55,054 nt of DNA from a virus (taxonomy: Duplodnaviria > Caudoviricetes): the IMG/VR virus record IMGVR_UViG_3300025018_000181, positions 1-55,054 of that record; one strand, written 5' to 3'. The notes beneath the pieces were generated by a model, which saw only the letters and a program-made list of their open reading frames with translations, was not told the origin of the DNA and ran no database searches. The position numbers and the translations under genes were made by a program. Shown in pieces: positions 16,981-27,847 of the stretch. Every line of letters begins with the position of its first letter. Positions within the stretch are counted from its first letter, which is position 1.

Positions 16981-19900
16981 GTTACAGCTCTCGGAGAATG
17001 TTAGTGAGATTTTTCGGGGCCTGCGTAAGAGTATTCGTGGCGCCTCTTTAAGTCTCAAAGAATTTGAAGAGGAATTTCGTCCTGTTGGCACTGCAGCCGC
17101 TAAGACGGAGAAATTCCTCTCCAAGTTCGCTAAAGAATCCGCCGCTGGCATCAGTGACGTAAATCGTCAGCTTAAAGTCCTCGGCATCACTATGCGGTCT
17201 GGGCTTCCAGTTGACAACGCATTAACTCGCATCTCCCGCGATGCAATCACTGCAGAACGCCGCTTGCGCGGCGTCGCGCAAGCAGCATCGACTTTGCGCG
17301 CTCGATTAAGTGCGCGAGGACAGGGTATTGCTAGTGTTGCGGCAGTTGCAGGTGCTGGCAACACTAGTGATTTAAGCTCAGCTACGCGATTAGGTTTACT
17401 TACACGACTTAAAGGAGCGCAAGGGACCGGCCAAGGAAGCACGGCTTCTCTTGCTGCTCTAGTCGCACTTGCGAGTAAGACCACCAATACCCAAGCCTTG
17501 TCCAAGGTAAATCGCCTAATCGGACAAGTCGCAGGTGGTAGTGGTCCGATTAGTCTTAGAGACGCTATAACGAAACTAGAGTCTGAACTCAAAACGAGCG
17601 CTGGTACTGGTCGCAGAGGACAGACTTCTGGCGTTATTAAAACGGACCTGTTTGCTGACGTTAAGAAGGCTGCAAAAAAGACTTTTGTCGATGACTTCAA
17701 GATGGGCATAAAACGCGCTATTATAAATAGTCGCAGGCGTGACCGGCTTGTTAGAAATACCTCAGGACTGCTAGGGGTAGAAGAAATTGCGGCTAGTCGG
17801 CTTAGAGAGAGAGCTGCTGCCGCGGAGCAGAACAGAGCCGAAAATGCGAGGCGCTTAAGACTAGACAGAGAGGAAGCGCGTGCGGGTATTAACCGTGTAG
17901 CAGCCAGGAGAACTTATCTTGCGCGTACACGGCCTAAAGCAACTGTGCCTCAGATTCCGCGAGGCTCACTCTTGGCAGGTCTACGGCAATTTCGACTTCT
18001 GAGGCTTCCGGAGCTAGAGGGCGACGTGCTTCCGACCCTAGAGGGCGACGTGCCTTCGGCCTCAGAAGGGAATGTAGGTGCCCGACCGAAAGCAAGAAAT
18101 CGTTCAGTAGCCAAAGGGCTACCGAGAGCTCAAGAGCGGCGTCGAGCCATTCAGGCTAATGCACTTCAACCACGCAGTCTCTTGCCTGTAGAAGACATTG
18201 AGGGTCTTAAAGCAGCTATCTCGCAGGCAGAACCTCGAATCGCGGCTTTGCGATCCAACCTGTCAAATTTAAGTAAAGTCCCTACAATGCAGCGTTTTAC
18301 CGAGTCACTTGCGCGAGGCATCTTGCCCGCAAAAGAGCTGGTAAGCGCCCTTTCTTACTTCGGGACTCCTGCACTAAAGTTAGGCTTAAGAACCTTAAGT
18401 GTTGGGTTCAATGCGGCCCGCGCTTCTTTGAATGCTGTGGCTGACGCTGCATTCGGGGCCTTGCGTGTACTTCGCTCTTTGGCTCTGCCCGCTGCTATCT
18501 TCGGTACGATTGCAGTATCCGCTTTTGCTAAAGTATCTTCATCAATTATACGAACCACTGGGGAGTATGAGCTTTACCGCACGCAGTTGCGTGCGGTCGT
18601 AAAAGACATCAATGTAGCCGACCAAGAGTTTGAGCAGCTTCGCACTGAAGCGATTCAGTCACCTCTCGGGGCTAAAGACTTCGTCGAGTCTTTCGTCCGG
18701 TTACGAGCCGTCGGCGTGCCTGCTGCACGAGAAACAATCCGTGCCCTCGCAGACATTGCCATTACTTTCAACCGTGACTTAAAAGATGTTGCAAGTGCAT
18801 TCATCGGTGTTGAGACTGAGGTGCTACGGCGCTTAGGTATCTTGCTGGTTCGTACTGGGTCACGTGCTTTTATCCAGTCGCAAGGAATCGTTCGTTTCGT
18901 CAATAATGATATTGAGTCTATCCGCGCGGCAATCTTAGATATTACCCAGAAGACGTTACCAGATGCAGCGGCTCAGGTTCGTAAGACCCTGATCGGGCGC
19001 TTTCGTGAGTTTCGCTCTTTACTCGACGAAGTTGCTTTCGATATAGGCACGGCTTTTAGCCCAGCTCTTAAGTCGAGTCTTGAAGGGCTCATCGATTTTG
19101 TCAATAAAGCTCGTCCAGCAATCAAGTCTTTTGCTAACCTACTAGTAAAAGATGCCGCAAGAGGCTTTAGAGACTTAACGACTTTAGCGAAAAAGACATT
19201 TCAAGCCTTATTCTCGCCAACACAATCCAATATTGAATACTTTGCTGGCATAGAGGAGAGCTTAAAGAACATAGTTACAAGCCTTAGCCGCCTGCTCTTC
19301 GAGTCTTTAACAACCACTTTCTTGGCCGTAGGAGAGGTGCTTAGAGCGACTTTAGTTGGTAGTACTGAAGAAGCGCTTGCACTTATATCTGACCGGTATT
19401 TGCGCTCTACTTTTGGAACCTCTGGAGCAACAGCGGCAAAAAACTTTCTTACTAATACCGACTCTAAGTTGACCGGGTTTTTTAAAGATTCCGCCGGTAG
19501 TGAGATCAGCAAGGCTGAATTGCTGGAGATACTTAAGCCACCGCAAGCCACAGCATTGGGGCTTGACTTAAGTCGCATAAGCGAAAAAGATACTTTCACG
19601 GCGTCAGGTCTCTTTGCCCGCTTTTCATCTATTGCTGAGTTTGAGGCCGCCGCAAAAACCGCTGAAAAGAGCTTTGCAAGACTAACCGGTGAATTCAAGA
19701 CATTCAGCGAGCTTGTTGAACTTGAAGAGTCGGGTGGCTTACCTAGTGGGTTCAGACTGCCTTCTCGCCCGTCTTCAGGAACCCCTGAAGGGCGAAAGGC
19801 TAGAGTTGGCTCTCTGGAGGATATAGTCCGCGATAACCTCGGCCTCCCGGAGTCTCGCGAGACCGCCTCACGGCGCCGAAATGATAATGTTGCGGCTGCC

Positions 19901-22705
19901 ATTGCGCGGGTAAAAGCACTGATTGATGGTCAATCCCCAGTCATACTGGACAGTATGCGCGCCACATTAGGCGGAATCGCAGATTTAACTAGCAATACTG
20001 CCAAGCTTGTAACTGATTCAATCACTACCGTGGGGCCAGTATATGATAAGATCATTGCGCAGCAAGAGCGGTTCGACTTGAGTGCTGCGTTTATCAATGC
20101 AGCTAAATCGAAGCCTAACGAAGACTTTGAAGGGCGTAGTCTCCTATTCAATCGTCTTGAGGGGCTTCGTGAGAGTCAAAAAGGCAACCCTTTTGCCGAT
20201 CCAAACGAAGAGTTTTTCTTACGCAGCAAGCTCGGACTAAGCGGAGCAAATTTTCCACTCCGAACGGTAAGCCCAATCCAGACGAACCGCGAAATTCTCG
20301 CCAACCTAGAAGCTAATGATGCCTTTGGTGGGCCAGTCTTAAAAGGTAACGTCAATAACTCACCTCTCTTTAGTCGCTTGTTGCGCACTAACACCGAGAT
20401 ATCTAACCAGTTTCGCGAATTCGCAATTACGGCAGACGGGGGTGCCTTCTTACAAAAGGCTCTTAGATCGAAAAATGCAACGCAGCAGACATTTGAGAAG
20501 CTTCGTGAAGGTGTTGGTCAAGAAGGCGGAGCTACAGAGATCGCAAAGCGCACTATTGATAGTGTCTTCACTAACCGAGACCGCTCTTTCCGCTTATCTA
20601 GCGAAGACTTAAATCGAGCGAATAATCGACTCGGCGGCGCGATCGTTACGCGCCTTGACGAACTCGTTCGCGAAGCCCTAAACTCAGTAGATCCTGAAGA
20701 GCTAACCACTAACTTTGAAACCGTAATTAAGAGAGGTGGCATTAACTCGATACGCAAAGAGATCGCACAAACTGACGCCTTCTTGAAGACCGCGAATACA
20801 GCCGAAGCTGATGAAATATTTCGCACGCTGCGCTTACCTAAGTCACTTGAACTATCGTCACAGTCCTTAGGGTTGGAAGAGCAGGTTAAAGCAGAACTGC
20901 GTAGCTTTATTGACAGTGATAATGCGAGTGAGACAACCCCGACCTTGTATCAGGCACGCCTGAGAGAGATCGACAAGGAAATAACGCGCTTCGTAGATAC
21001 GGGTGGAGAGTCTTTCTTAGCACTTAGTAAAGTCATCGAGGCCGCCACTAACAAAATCATTAACACCGTCGATCCGCTGCTGCGCGATAAATTCCGTGAA
21101 AGTTCGCAGAGATTCAGCAAGTCTGTACTGGTCACGCAGCCTGAGGCAGTAAAAGCTGATGCTTTTCGCAATCTGTCGGACCAAGAAGAGCAGATCCGCA
21201 AAGAGCTTGAAGGTATCAGTGACGATGATGGGCTGCAGCGCATAGTCGAAGAGCTTAAGCAGATCAGCTCTTTTAGTCCCAGGGCTCGTGCTGAGGTTAA
21301 GAAACTCTTTGCCTCTATAGTTTTGAAGCCGGGTGGAGATGTTGTTGGGCGCTTACGGACTGGGCTGACACAGCTGACTTCTGGCGTTCAGGGATTCTTG
21401 CTGCGTATTGAGAAAGCCCTTGATCGCGTTACGGGAACTTTCAAGCTATTCATAGACGGACTCACAGGCCGCAACGGAGACTTCTATGATACGTTGATTG
21501 GTAGCGGGCTTGAAGGTATCAACACTATAGTCAATAGTATCGCTGATTCGCTGGAGACTCGATTCTCCGAGGCGTTTGCAGCCGTACTGGTTGATGGTAA
21601 GTCTTTCACTGAGAGTTTCAAAGGTGTCCTCAAGGACCTTGAGAAAGAGATCTTGCGAGCCGCAATCCGCCAAGCTATTAGTCTCGTCGTAGATCTTGGC
21701 TTTCAAGCGCTCGGGTCGCTGGCCGGGGGTGCTTTAGGTGGCGTGCTTGGCGGCGCAGCAGCCGGTGCTGGCGGGGCAGCTGTTAATGATGGCAATGCAA
21801 ATGCTGGTGGTTTTGGCGGCTTCTTTAGTAACCTGCTAGGGCTCGGTGGAACACCGAACACTGGGCGTGGATCAATCACCTCTGGGAATTCAGCAGGAGC
21901 AGGCAGCATCTTTGGAGGTAGTGGCTTTAGCTCTGCAGCCTCGCAGCCAACCTTTACGCCCTTTGCGCGTGGAGGTGTCGTTAGCAAGCCCACATATGCA
22001 AAGTTTGGTGAAGCTGGTCCAGAAGCGTTTGTTCCGCTACCTGATGGGCGCTCTATTCCAGTTACAATTACAAACAGCAGCGGTCCTGGAGGTAGCGGCG
22101 AACCAGCCGACTTTAAGGCGCTCTTGCAAGGACTACTTGGAGAGGTGTTCACAAGTTACATTGGTAGTCTCTTATCGCGTATCGGTGGAGGTGGCGGTGG
22201 CAGTGGCAGTGGAGCTGGTGCAACGCCTACAGGAGGTGCTGCCGGTGGTGGAGCCGCTGGGGGCCTGGGTAGCCTACTTGCCTCAACAATTTTTGGTGGT
22301 CGCACGGCGCCAACTAGCGGCAATCAAGGTGGGTCAGCCGCAGGCTTTGCGGGCCTGCTGGGTGGTATCACGCCGTTTGCACAAGGTGGAGTGGTCAATC
22401 GTCCAACTTTTACACTTTCAGGGGAAGCCGGGCCTGAAGCTTTTGTCCCTCTCCCTGATGGCCGCACGATTCCTGTTAGTATCAATGATGGGCAAGGAAT
22501 TCTTGGGCCCAGAGGTGGTGGACGTGGTGGCGACACTTATGTCAGCAACGTTTACAACGTTGACACGCTAGACTCGCAATCTTTTGAAGATGCCTTACGC
22601 CGCAGCGGTGGAGCCTTAGGTGTCTTGAACGGTAAAAACAGCTTACGCTCAGGTAAATTAGGTAAGGCATACGGCAAGTATGAGAAAGCGTCCAGAGGCT
22701 TATGA
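16955..22705 (+). CDS. tail tape measure protein
   Basis: ~1916 aa, helical and Ala-rich; tape-measure core near 18540-19200; twin C-terminal FA.GGVV..PT...GEAGPEA motifs; GTG 16955 after GAGGAGG. Confidence 0.92.
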   Translation: MADKKVEVRLQLSENVSEIFRGLRKSIRGASLSLKEFEEEFRPVGTAAAKTEKFLSKFAKESAAGISDVNRQLKVLGITMRSGLPVDNALTRISRDAITAERRLRGVAQAASTLRARLSARGQGIASVAAVAGAGNTSDLSSATRLGLLTRLKGAQGTGQGSTASLAALVALASKTTNTQALSKVNRLIGQVAGGSGPISLRDAITKLESELKTSAGTGRRGQTSGVIKTDLFADVKKAAKKTFVDDFKMGIKRAIINSRRRDRLVRNTSGLLGVEEIAASRLRERAAAAEQNRAENARRLRLDREEARAGINRVAARRTYLARTRPKATVPQIPRGSLLAGLRQFRLLRLPELEGDVLPTLEGDVPSASEGNVGARPKARNRSVAKGLPRAQERRRAIQANALQPRSLLPVEDIEGLKAAISQAEPRIAALRSNLSNLSKVPTMQRFTESLARGILPAKELVSALSYFGTPALKLGLRTLSVGFNAARASLNAVADAAFGALRVLRSLALPAAIFGTIAVSAFAKVSSSIIRTTGEYELYRTQLRAVVKDINVADQEFEQLRTEAIQSPLGAKDFVESFVRLRAVGVPAARETIRALADIAITFNRDLKDVASAFIGVETEVLRRLGILLVRTGSRAFIQSQGIVRFVNNDIESIRAAILDITQKTLPDAAAQVRKTLIGRFREFRSLLDEVAFDIGTAFSPALKSSLEGLIDFVNKARPAIKSFANLLVKDAARGFRDLTTLAKKTFQALFSPTQSNIEYFAGIEESLKNIVTSLSRLLFESLTTTFLAVGEVLRATLVGSTEEALALISDRYLRSTFGTSGATAAKNFLTNTDSKLTGFFKDSAGSEISKAELLEILKPPQATALGLDLSRISEKDTFTASGLFARFSSIAEFEAAAKTAEKSFARLTGEFKTFSELVELEESGGLPSGFRLPSRPSSGTPEGRKARVGSLEDIVRDNLGLPESRETASRRRNDNVAAAIARVKALIDGQSPVILDSMRATLGGIADLTSNTAKLVTDSITTVGPVYDKIIAQQERFDLSAAFINAAKSKPNEDFEGRSLLFNRLEGLRESQKGNPFADPNEEFFLRSKLGLSGANFPLRTVSPIQTNREILANLEANDAFGGPVLKGNVNNSPLFSRLLRTNTEISNQFREFAITADGGAFLQKALRSKNATQQTFEKLREGVGQEGGATEIAKRTIDSVFTNRDRSFRLSSEDLNRANNRLGGAIVTRLDELVREALNSVDPEELTTNFETVIKRGGINSIRKEIAQTDAFLKTANTAEADEIFRTLRLPKSLELSSQSLGLEEQVKAELRSFIDSDNASETTPTLYQARLREIDKEITRFVDTGGESFLALSKVIEAATNKIINTVDPLLRDKFRESSQRFSKSVLVTQPEAVKADAFRNLSDQEEQIRKELEGISDDDGLQRIVEELKQISSFSPRARAEVKKLFASIVLKPGGDVVGRLRTGLTQLTSGVQGFLLRIEKALDRVTGTFKLFIDGLTGRNGDFYDTLIGSGLEGINTIVNSIADSLETRFSEAFAAVLVDGKSFTESFKGVLKDLEKEILRAAIRQAISLVVDLGFQALGSLAGGALGGVLGGAAAGAGGAAVNDGNANAGGFGGFFSNLLGLGGTPNTGRGSITSGNSAGAGSIFGGSGFSSAASQPTFTPFARGGVVSKPTYAKFGEAGPEAFVPLPDGRSIPVTITNSSGPGGSGEPADFKALLQGLLGEVFTSYIGSLLSRIGGGGGGSGSGAGATPTGGAAGGGAAGGLGSLLASTIFGGRTAPTSGNQGGSAAGFAGLLGGITPFAQGGVVNRPTFTLSGEAGPEAFVPLPDGRTIPVSINDGQGILGPRGGGRGGDTYVSNVYNVDTLDSQSFEDALRRSGGALGVLNGKNSLRSGKLGKAYGKYEKASRGL

Positions 22706-23058
22706 TGAACAAACTACCTGTCTCTTCTGAGCCTAGCGCTGTAGCGACACTGACGATCGAACCTTCTATAGCCACACGCGTGACGAAGACTTTAGACACT
22801 AGGGAGCTAGATACTGATGGTGGATATCTCTCGGTAGTGCCTACCTTCTCTCGAAGCCGCACAGAGTATGAACTAGCCTGGGCCTCACTATCTGCGGCCC
22901 AAGTAAACAGTTTACGGACTTTAGTTCATCTCTGTAAAGGGCAATTCTCAAGCTTCTTGTGGGGCAGTATACGGGTTCGATTTACTGTTAACCCAACTAT
23001 CATACTAGTCAATCCTGGTGTCTACGATGCTCGTGCAACCGTGGAGGTGATACCTTGA
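22702..23058 (+). CDS. distal tail protein (gpM-like)
   Basis: Position after TMP; YELAW..L, G....FLW, VRF pattern. Confidence 0.7.
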   Translation: MMNKLPVSSEPSAVATLTIEPSIATRVTKTLDTRELDTDGGYLSVVPTFSRSRTEYELAWASLSAAQVNSLRTLVHLCKGQFSSFLWGSIRVRFTVNPTIILVNPGVYDARATVEVIP

Positions 23059-23717
23059 GGCAGCTACCCGCAGCTTTTATAGCCGCAAAGAATAAGACCG
23101 TCAACCCGAATGCTTGGGTCTGGTGTCTTCAAATTCAGGTTGACTCGCAGACTGATGACGGCTTCTTTATTACCGGAAACAATGAGCCTGTTACACTGGG
23201 CTCAGATGTTTACGATCCTTATCCTTTGCGTGTTGATGAGATGTCAGAAGGACTCGAAGGCGCCGAAAGTGGAGTCAACATCATCATAAATGATGTTGTC
23301 AGCGACTTTATGGCTTACGTTATTCCTGGAGAGGGCCTCATAGGGAATAATGTCCTCATGACATTAGTAAACCTTGAAGACCTTAATAGCACTTATGTGC
23401 TTGATTTTAAAATCAACTCTATACGCGCGCGAGGGCCGGCCCTTAATATCCAGCTGGTTGCTTTCAACACCTTCGATCGCGGCTTGGGGAACTTGACTTA
23501 CCAAAGAAACTTTTGTCGGTGGGACTTCACCGGAGAAGAGTGTGGGGTCGATCCAAGCGTCCCCTTAGCAGGCGAAATTTGCACTAAACGACTGCAAGGA
23601 ACATTTGGGTGTGAGTATTGGGGTGATAGGGAAGCACTTGCGGCCTTTCCGAAGCTTCATCCTATGCGTTTTGGTGCCTTCCCGTCACTAATCACTGGGC
23701 GTTCCTTCGAGGTCTAA
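23055..23717 (+). CDS. minor tail/hub protein (lambda gpL-like)
   Basis: Y.PYP, C-terminal CRW.F.GEECG..C.K....C..FGAFP Cys motif. Confidence 0.8.
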   Translation: MRQLPAAFIAAKNKTVNPNAWVWCLQIQVDSQTDDGFFITGNNEPVTLGSDVYDPYPLRVDEMSEGLEGAESGVNIIINDVVSDFMAYVIPGEGLIGNNVLMTLVNLEDLNSTYVLDFKINSIRARGPALNIQLVAFNTFDRGLGNLTYQRNFCRWDFTGEECGVDPSVPLAGEICTKRLQGTFGCEYWGDREALAAFPKLHPMRFGAFPSLITGRSFEV

Positions 23718-26700
23718 ATGGCGTCTAACCTCCGTTACGAAGACTTCTTTCTTCCGCTGTCCATAGATGAAACTGGTGGTGTGCGCCAGACGGCTAACTT
23801 AGATGTGCTGTTAGAAGCCACTCGTTCCAGAGTGACGCCAGCGCGGCAGCTTGGGCTTGGCGCGGGTAATATAATACCACTAATCTATGGTACTTATAAA
23901 GCCGGTGCCCAGATCATTGAGGCGGGCATCTCAAGTATTCCGATTTTAGGGCATCAAAAGCTGCGGCTATTAGTCTGCTTTGGCTATGGCCCTGTATATG
24001 CTATTGGAGACATAAACAAAACGGCTCTAACCTTGGACGAGCTGCCGAACACAATCGGAAATATATTTCTTGATGATAATGACTTAGCCAATTTCTCGGC
24101 ACTTAAAATTGCCGCGAGATTTGGCGACTTTGATCAAGACTACCTTCCGGGCAGTCAAAACCAACTGAACACTCAAATAATTAACCACACATTTTCTACC
24201 TCAGGAACTTTAGTATCCTTTACCACCGTTAATGAAGTAGACCTGCTGAACTTTGAGTTTAACTTCCCTAATGGCGCTTTTGATAAGGGTCCAGCAGGAA
24301 ACCTAACAGTTGGCCTACTTTTTCAATACCGTTTTCGCGAAAGCACTGGGCCAGGAGCTTGGTCTGCTTGGTTCCCAATACGTTTTGAGGGTTTCGCTGA
24401 CTCCTCATTTAACGTTTCTACACAAGGAAGAGAACCTCTATCTTCTCAAGTCGGTGGGCCTGCTTTTAGTCGCGCCCAATATGATATCGAAATAGTCTAC
24501 TTGGGGACTGACCCGGCGAACCTCTTTCCTGGCTCTCCTGATCCCGACCCTCGGTTTATCAGTGTGACCGAGTATGGCGGCTCGCCTCGCGCTTATCCGG
24601 GTATGGTATTGCTTGAGCTGCAAGATGTGGTCGCATCTGAGACAAACACTGAAGCCCCAAAATCAGTTACAGCACTTATACGAGGCCGCTTAGTCAAAGA
24701 TATAAGTCCTGGCCCCGCAACCTTAGGTAGCGTTGCGCAGCTCGCATCGAGTAATCCTGCGCTAAATGCGATTGACCTTTTACTAAACCCGGTCTTTGGC
24801 CTTGGGCGATACTTCACTGTTGCCAACTTAGACTTGGAATCTTTCCTAGCCTGGAAGAACTATTGTGATGAGATTATCTCAGGTACCGATGTTCGACATA
24901 CTTTTGACGCGATCCTAAACACCCCTGAAAATGCTTGGACTGTCTTCTTAAACATCTGTCGCAGCAGTTTTGCATTTCCGCGTTACGTTGATGGCCGCTT
25001 GTCCATTGTCTTGGATAAGGCCAGAGCCGTTGAATTTCTAGTCTCTCAAGCCTCAGTCATTACAGGCTCTTTAGATATCCAGTGGCGCGACCGCGACCAG
25101 CTCTATGACGCTGTGGAAGTTACGTTCAATAGTGTAGACCTCGACTACGATTCTGATACCGAGGTAGCGAGGCGCGCAACGCCTTTTGAACGTGGCTCTT
25201 ATCGCACTCAGAACTTAAGCCCTCTTGGTGTAACCCGGCGCAATCAGGCTGCGCGCTATGCCACAAGGAGGCTAAACGAGAATCTTTATCGGCGCCAAGT
25301 CATAATCTTTGAAATGCAGCTTTCTGGCTTCGCGCTGCAGCCCGGAGATCTTTTCTACTTCGCACATGACTTAGTTGGGTATGGCTTCTCAGGGAGAATC
25401 ACTGCAAGTTGGCCTAGCCCATATGATGGTGATGAATACTTCTTAGTGTTTGATCGTGATCTTACAATAGTCACCGGGGATCTACTCTACATTTTGAACA
25501 ATGAGAATGATGCATTCTCAACACATGCAAGCGCACCAGCGACTTCTCCCGATGGTGTATACCCGGCTGGAACACCTATCGCGTTCGACGGCTTTACGTC
25601 CACCGCCGAGCCGGGACGCTTTTCAGACTTTAGCTATGGCACCGAGCCCGGTAAGCCATTTGAGGTGCAGACAATTGAGCTTACTCAAGTCTTCACCTTG
25701 AAGATTCAAGCTCTCGAGTATTCGGCCAGTGTTTATACCGATGTCATTTCAGATCGAGATACTGACTATACTAGACTGCCGCGCGCCGGGGTGCTTCCAG
25801 CCGCCGTAACGAGTCTTGCAGCGGCAAACGTCACAAGAACGAGGCTTGACGGCACTACGTTTAGCACCGTGCAAGTATCTTGGCAAGTAACTAACATCGA
25901 CTTTGTGAATGGCATACCTGCGCCTTCTTATGTCGAAGTTCACGTTCGTGCCCTGGGGAGAACCTACTGGCAGTTAGTGGGGACAGTTAACTTTCCAGGG
26001 CAGTCTTTAATCCTGACTGAAGAGCTGGTTGCTGGCACGACTTATGAATTCACTGCCGTGCCAGTTTCTATTCGAGGCAATAAGGGTTCGCCCGACACCT
26101 CTCCGTCTGTCTTTTTAGTCTTCTTTGGTTCGGGGGTTCGTCCACAAGGTATCACAGGACTCGCTATAGCTGCGACCAACAGTGACTCACTAGATATTGT
26201 TTGGGATCGGCTAGTCGATGAATCTGAGATAGCCTATTATGAGCTGCGATATGGCACCGGCTGGAATTCTGGTGTAACTTTAGCAACAGTTTTATCCGGC
26301 ACTTCTACCATCCCGCAGAGCGTTCTTAAGTGGAACAATACTACGGGCCTTACGGCTGGCTCCTATGAGATTGAAAACTATCTCATGGTGCGAGCCATGA
26401 ACATTGCAGGACTCTACTCTTCAACACAAGCTGCTATACCTCTATCTCACCCGCAGCTAGGCTTAGGAACAATTAGTGCAGATGAAATAGGCTCCGCCGT
26501 GGAGTATATAAATCCATTTGGATTTAAAATGGGCTTCACCTTGGAAACAGTAACTAACCATTTGAAGTCGACAACTACTAAGATTCTGCAGTCGTCGCCA
26601 ACTTTAATGGAGAACCTGCTCTTTACGTCTACTTTTGATAGCACTCTAGTCGCGACTCCGAAGTTCTTTATTTTCAGCTTTACCCTCTTGGTCAGTGATA

Positions 26701-26972
26701 ATAACTATGACTGGACCTATACTGGCACCTGGGCTGATGGCAATATTGCCTGGGAGTCTGAGCTAGAGAATCAAGCTTGGACTGTTGAGGCGGGCATTCA
26801 AACAACTAACACGCTATCTAGTCCTATCATTTATGATGAGATGGCCTATGACCGAAATCTTACTGAAGCAACAACAGACCGTTACTGCGGAGCAATGCTC
26901 CGTGTCGTAAATCAAGACCCGAGCCGCTACACAATTAAAGTCTTAGAAACCAGACTTATATCGCACGCATAA
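23718..26972 (+). CDS. tail tip / central fibre host-specificity protein (gpJ-like) with FN3 domains
   Basis: IPLIYG, SSNPA...DLL.NP.FGLG, GVTRRNQA.R, LQPGD, ALEY, FN3 repeats. Confidence 0.9.
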   Translation: MASNLRYEDFFLPLSIDETGGVRQTANLDVLLEATRSRVTPARQLGLGAGNIIPLIYGTYKAGAQIIEAGISSIPILGHQKLRLLVCFGYGPVYAIGDINKTALTLDELPNTIGNIFLDDNDLANFSALKIAARFGDFDQDYLPGSQNQLNTQIINHTFSTSGTLVSFTTVNEVDLLNFEFNFPNGAFDKGPAGNLTVGLLFQYRFRESTGPGAWSAWFPIRFEGFADSSFNVSTQGREPLSSQVGGPAFSRAQYDIEIVYLGTDPANLFPGSPDPDPRFISVTEYGGSPRAYPGMVLLELQDVVASETNTEAPKSVTALIRGRLVKDISPGPATLGSVAQLASSNPALNAIDLLLNPVFGLGRYFTVANLDLESFLAWKNYCDEIISGTDVRHTFDAILNTPENAWTVFLNICRSSFAFPRYVDGRLSIVLDKARAVEFLVSQASVITGSLDIQWRDRDQLYDAVEVTFNSVDLDYDSDTEVARRATPFERGSYRTQNLSPLGVTRRNQAARYATRRLNENLYRRQVIIFEMQLSGFALQPGDLFYFAHDLVGYGFSGRITASWPSPYDGDEYFLVFDRDLTIVTGDLLYILNNENDAFSTHASAPATSPDGVYPAGTPIAFDGFTSTAEPGRFSDFSYGTEPGKPFEVQTIELTQVFTLKIQALEYSASVYTDVISDRDTDYTRLPRAGVLPAAVTSLAAANVTRTRLDGTTFSTVQVSWQVTNIDFVNGIPAPSYVEVHVRALGRTYWQLVGTVNFPGQSLILTEELVAGTTYEFTAVPVSIRGNKGSPDTSPSVFLVFFGSGVRPQGITGLAIAATNSDSLDIVWDRLVDESEIAYYELRYGTGWNSGVTLATVLSGTSTIPQSVLKWNNTTGLTAGSYEIENYLMVRAMNIAGLYSSTQAAIPLSHPQLGLGTISADEIGSAVEYINPFGFKMGFTLETVTNHLKSTTTKILQSSPTLMENLLFTSTFDSTLVATPKFFIFSFTLLVSDNNYDWTYTGTWADGNIAWESELENQAWTVEAGIQTTNTLSSPIIYDEMAYDRNLTEATTDRYCGAMLRVVNQDPSRYTIKVLETRLISHA

Positions 26973-26981
26973 GGAGCCAAA

Positions 26982-27776
26982 ATGGCATACAGTGATATTC
27001 TTGCCGGAGATAGTCTTTTAGACTCTTTAGCGCCACTTAAAGCTCGCGACGATGCACTGCGAGCTTTCGAGGCTGCGAATAGCGCGCCGGTTAGTCCGGT
27101 TGCGTATCAGCTTTGGATCGACACTAGTACCGGCGATATTAAACGTCGAAACGCAGCTAACAGTGCCTGGGTAGCTATTGGAAAAGTAACAGATAGCTAC
27201 GATGGATTTGTCAATGCTCGCACTCCGGTGCTGCTCGCTACAATGGACGCCGGCAATAACCAGATTGGTAACGTAGCCGATCCCAGTGCAGCTAAAGACG
27301 CAGTGCCTCGTGACTGGATCTTTAGTCAAATGGCCGGGCGGTTGGTCCTAGGTACTAAAGCTGTCGGGTGGGTGACAGGGCCAAACGACGTTTTACAGTA
27401 TGCTTCCGGAGGCTCACTAGTCAAGAAGAACTCAGGGTTTACTATCTCAGGTACGGATAGTGAGAAATTCAGCCCAAATCAAGATGGCTATTACTTGGTC
27501 AACTTTAGTATAACCATGACATCGCTAAGTGCCATTATCACTGCGGGGCTTTATTGCCTTACCGGGGCCACGGCTGGATATCCCCTGGCTGGAGACTTCC
27601 TACTAAAGCAGACAATTTCGTCTTTCGCGGTACCTTGGACAATTCGGGGTGGCGGCATTGTGCGCTTGAAAGCCGGTGACACGTATCAGATTAAAGCTGC
27701 TGGCCCCACAGTTGGCATATCAGCTAGTGCGGATGACAATGATTTAACTGTGTTGTTCTTAAGCCCCGATGTCTAG
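26982..27776 (+). CDS. tail fibre/receptor-binding protein (C1q/TNF-like C-terminus)
   Basis: AP.SPVAYQLWIDT, NVADP.AAKDAV fibre motifs; F.P..DGYYLVNF...IVRLKAGD. Confidence 0.7.
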   Translation: MAYSDILAGDSLLDSLAPLKARDDALRAFEAANSAPVSPVAYQLWIDTSTGDIKRRNAANSAWVAIGKVTDSYDGFVNARTPVLLATMDAGNNQIGNVADPSAAKDAVPRDWIFSQMAGRLVLGTKAVGWVTGPNDVLQYASGGSLVKKNSGFTISGTDSEKFSPNQDGYYLVNFSITMTSLSAIITAGLYCLTGATAGYPLAGDFLLKQTISSFAVPWTIRGGGIVRLKAGDTYQIKAAGPTVGISASADDNDLTVLFLSPDV

Positions 27777-27789
27777 AACATAAGTAGTG

Positions 27790-27825
27790 GTAGAGCGGTA
27801 GGGAAACTAATCCTTACCGCTCTAC
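27790..27825. terminator. bidirectional terminator hairpin between convergent operons
   Basis: GTAGAGCGGTAGGGA pairs with TCCTTACCGCTCTAC, 15-bp stem. Confidence 0.8.
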
Positions 27826-27847
27826 AGTTTGTCTAGTTTTTCGCGAC

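Noticed and set aside
17167-22862. Numerous antisense and alternate-frame ORFs inside the tape measure gene
   Set aside because: Shadow ORFs of a long biased coding sequence, with no motifs or RBS
23718-27776. Diversity-generating retroelement or invertible tail-fibre cassette
   Set aside because: No reverse transcriptase, no TR/VR pair and no inverted repeats around the fibre genes were seen
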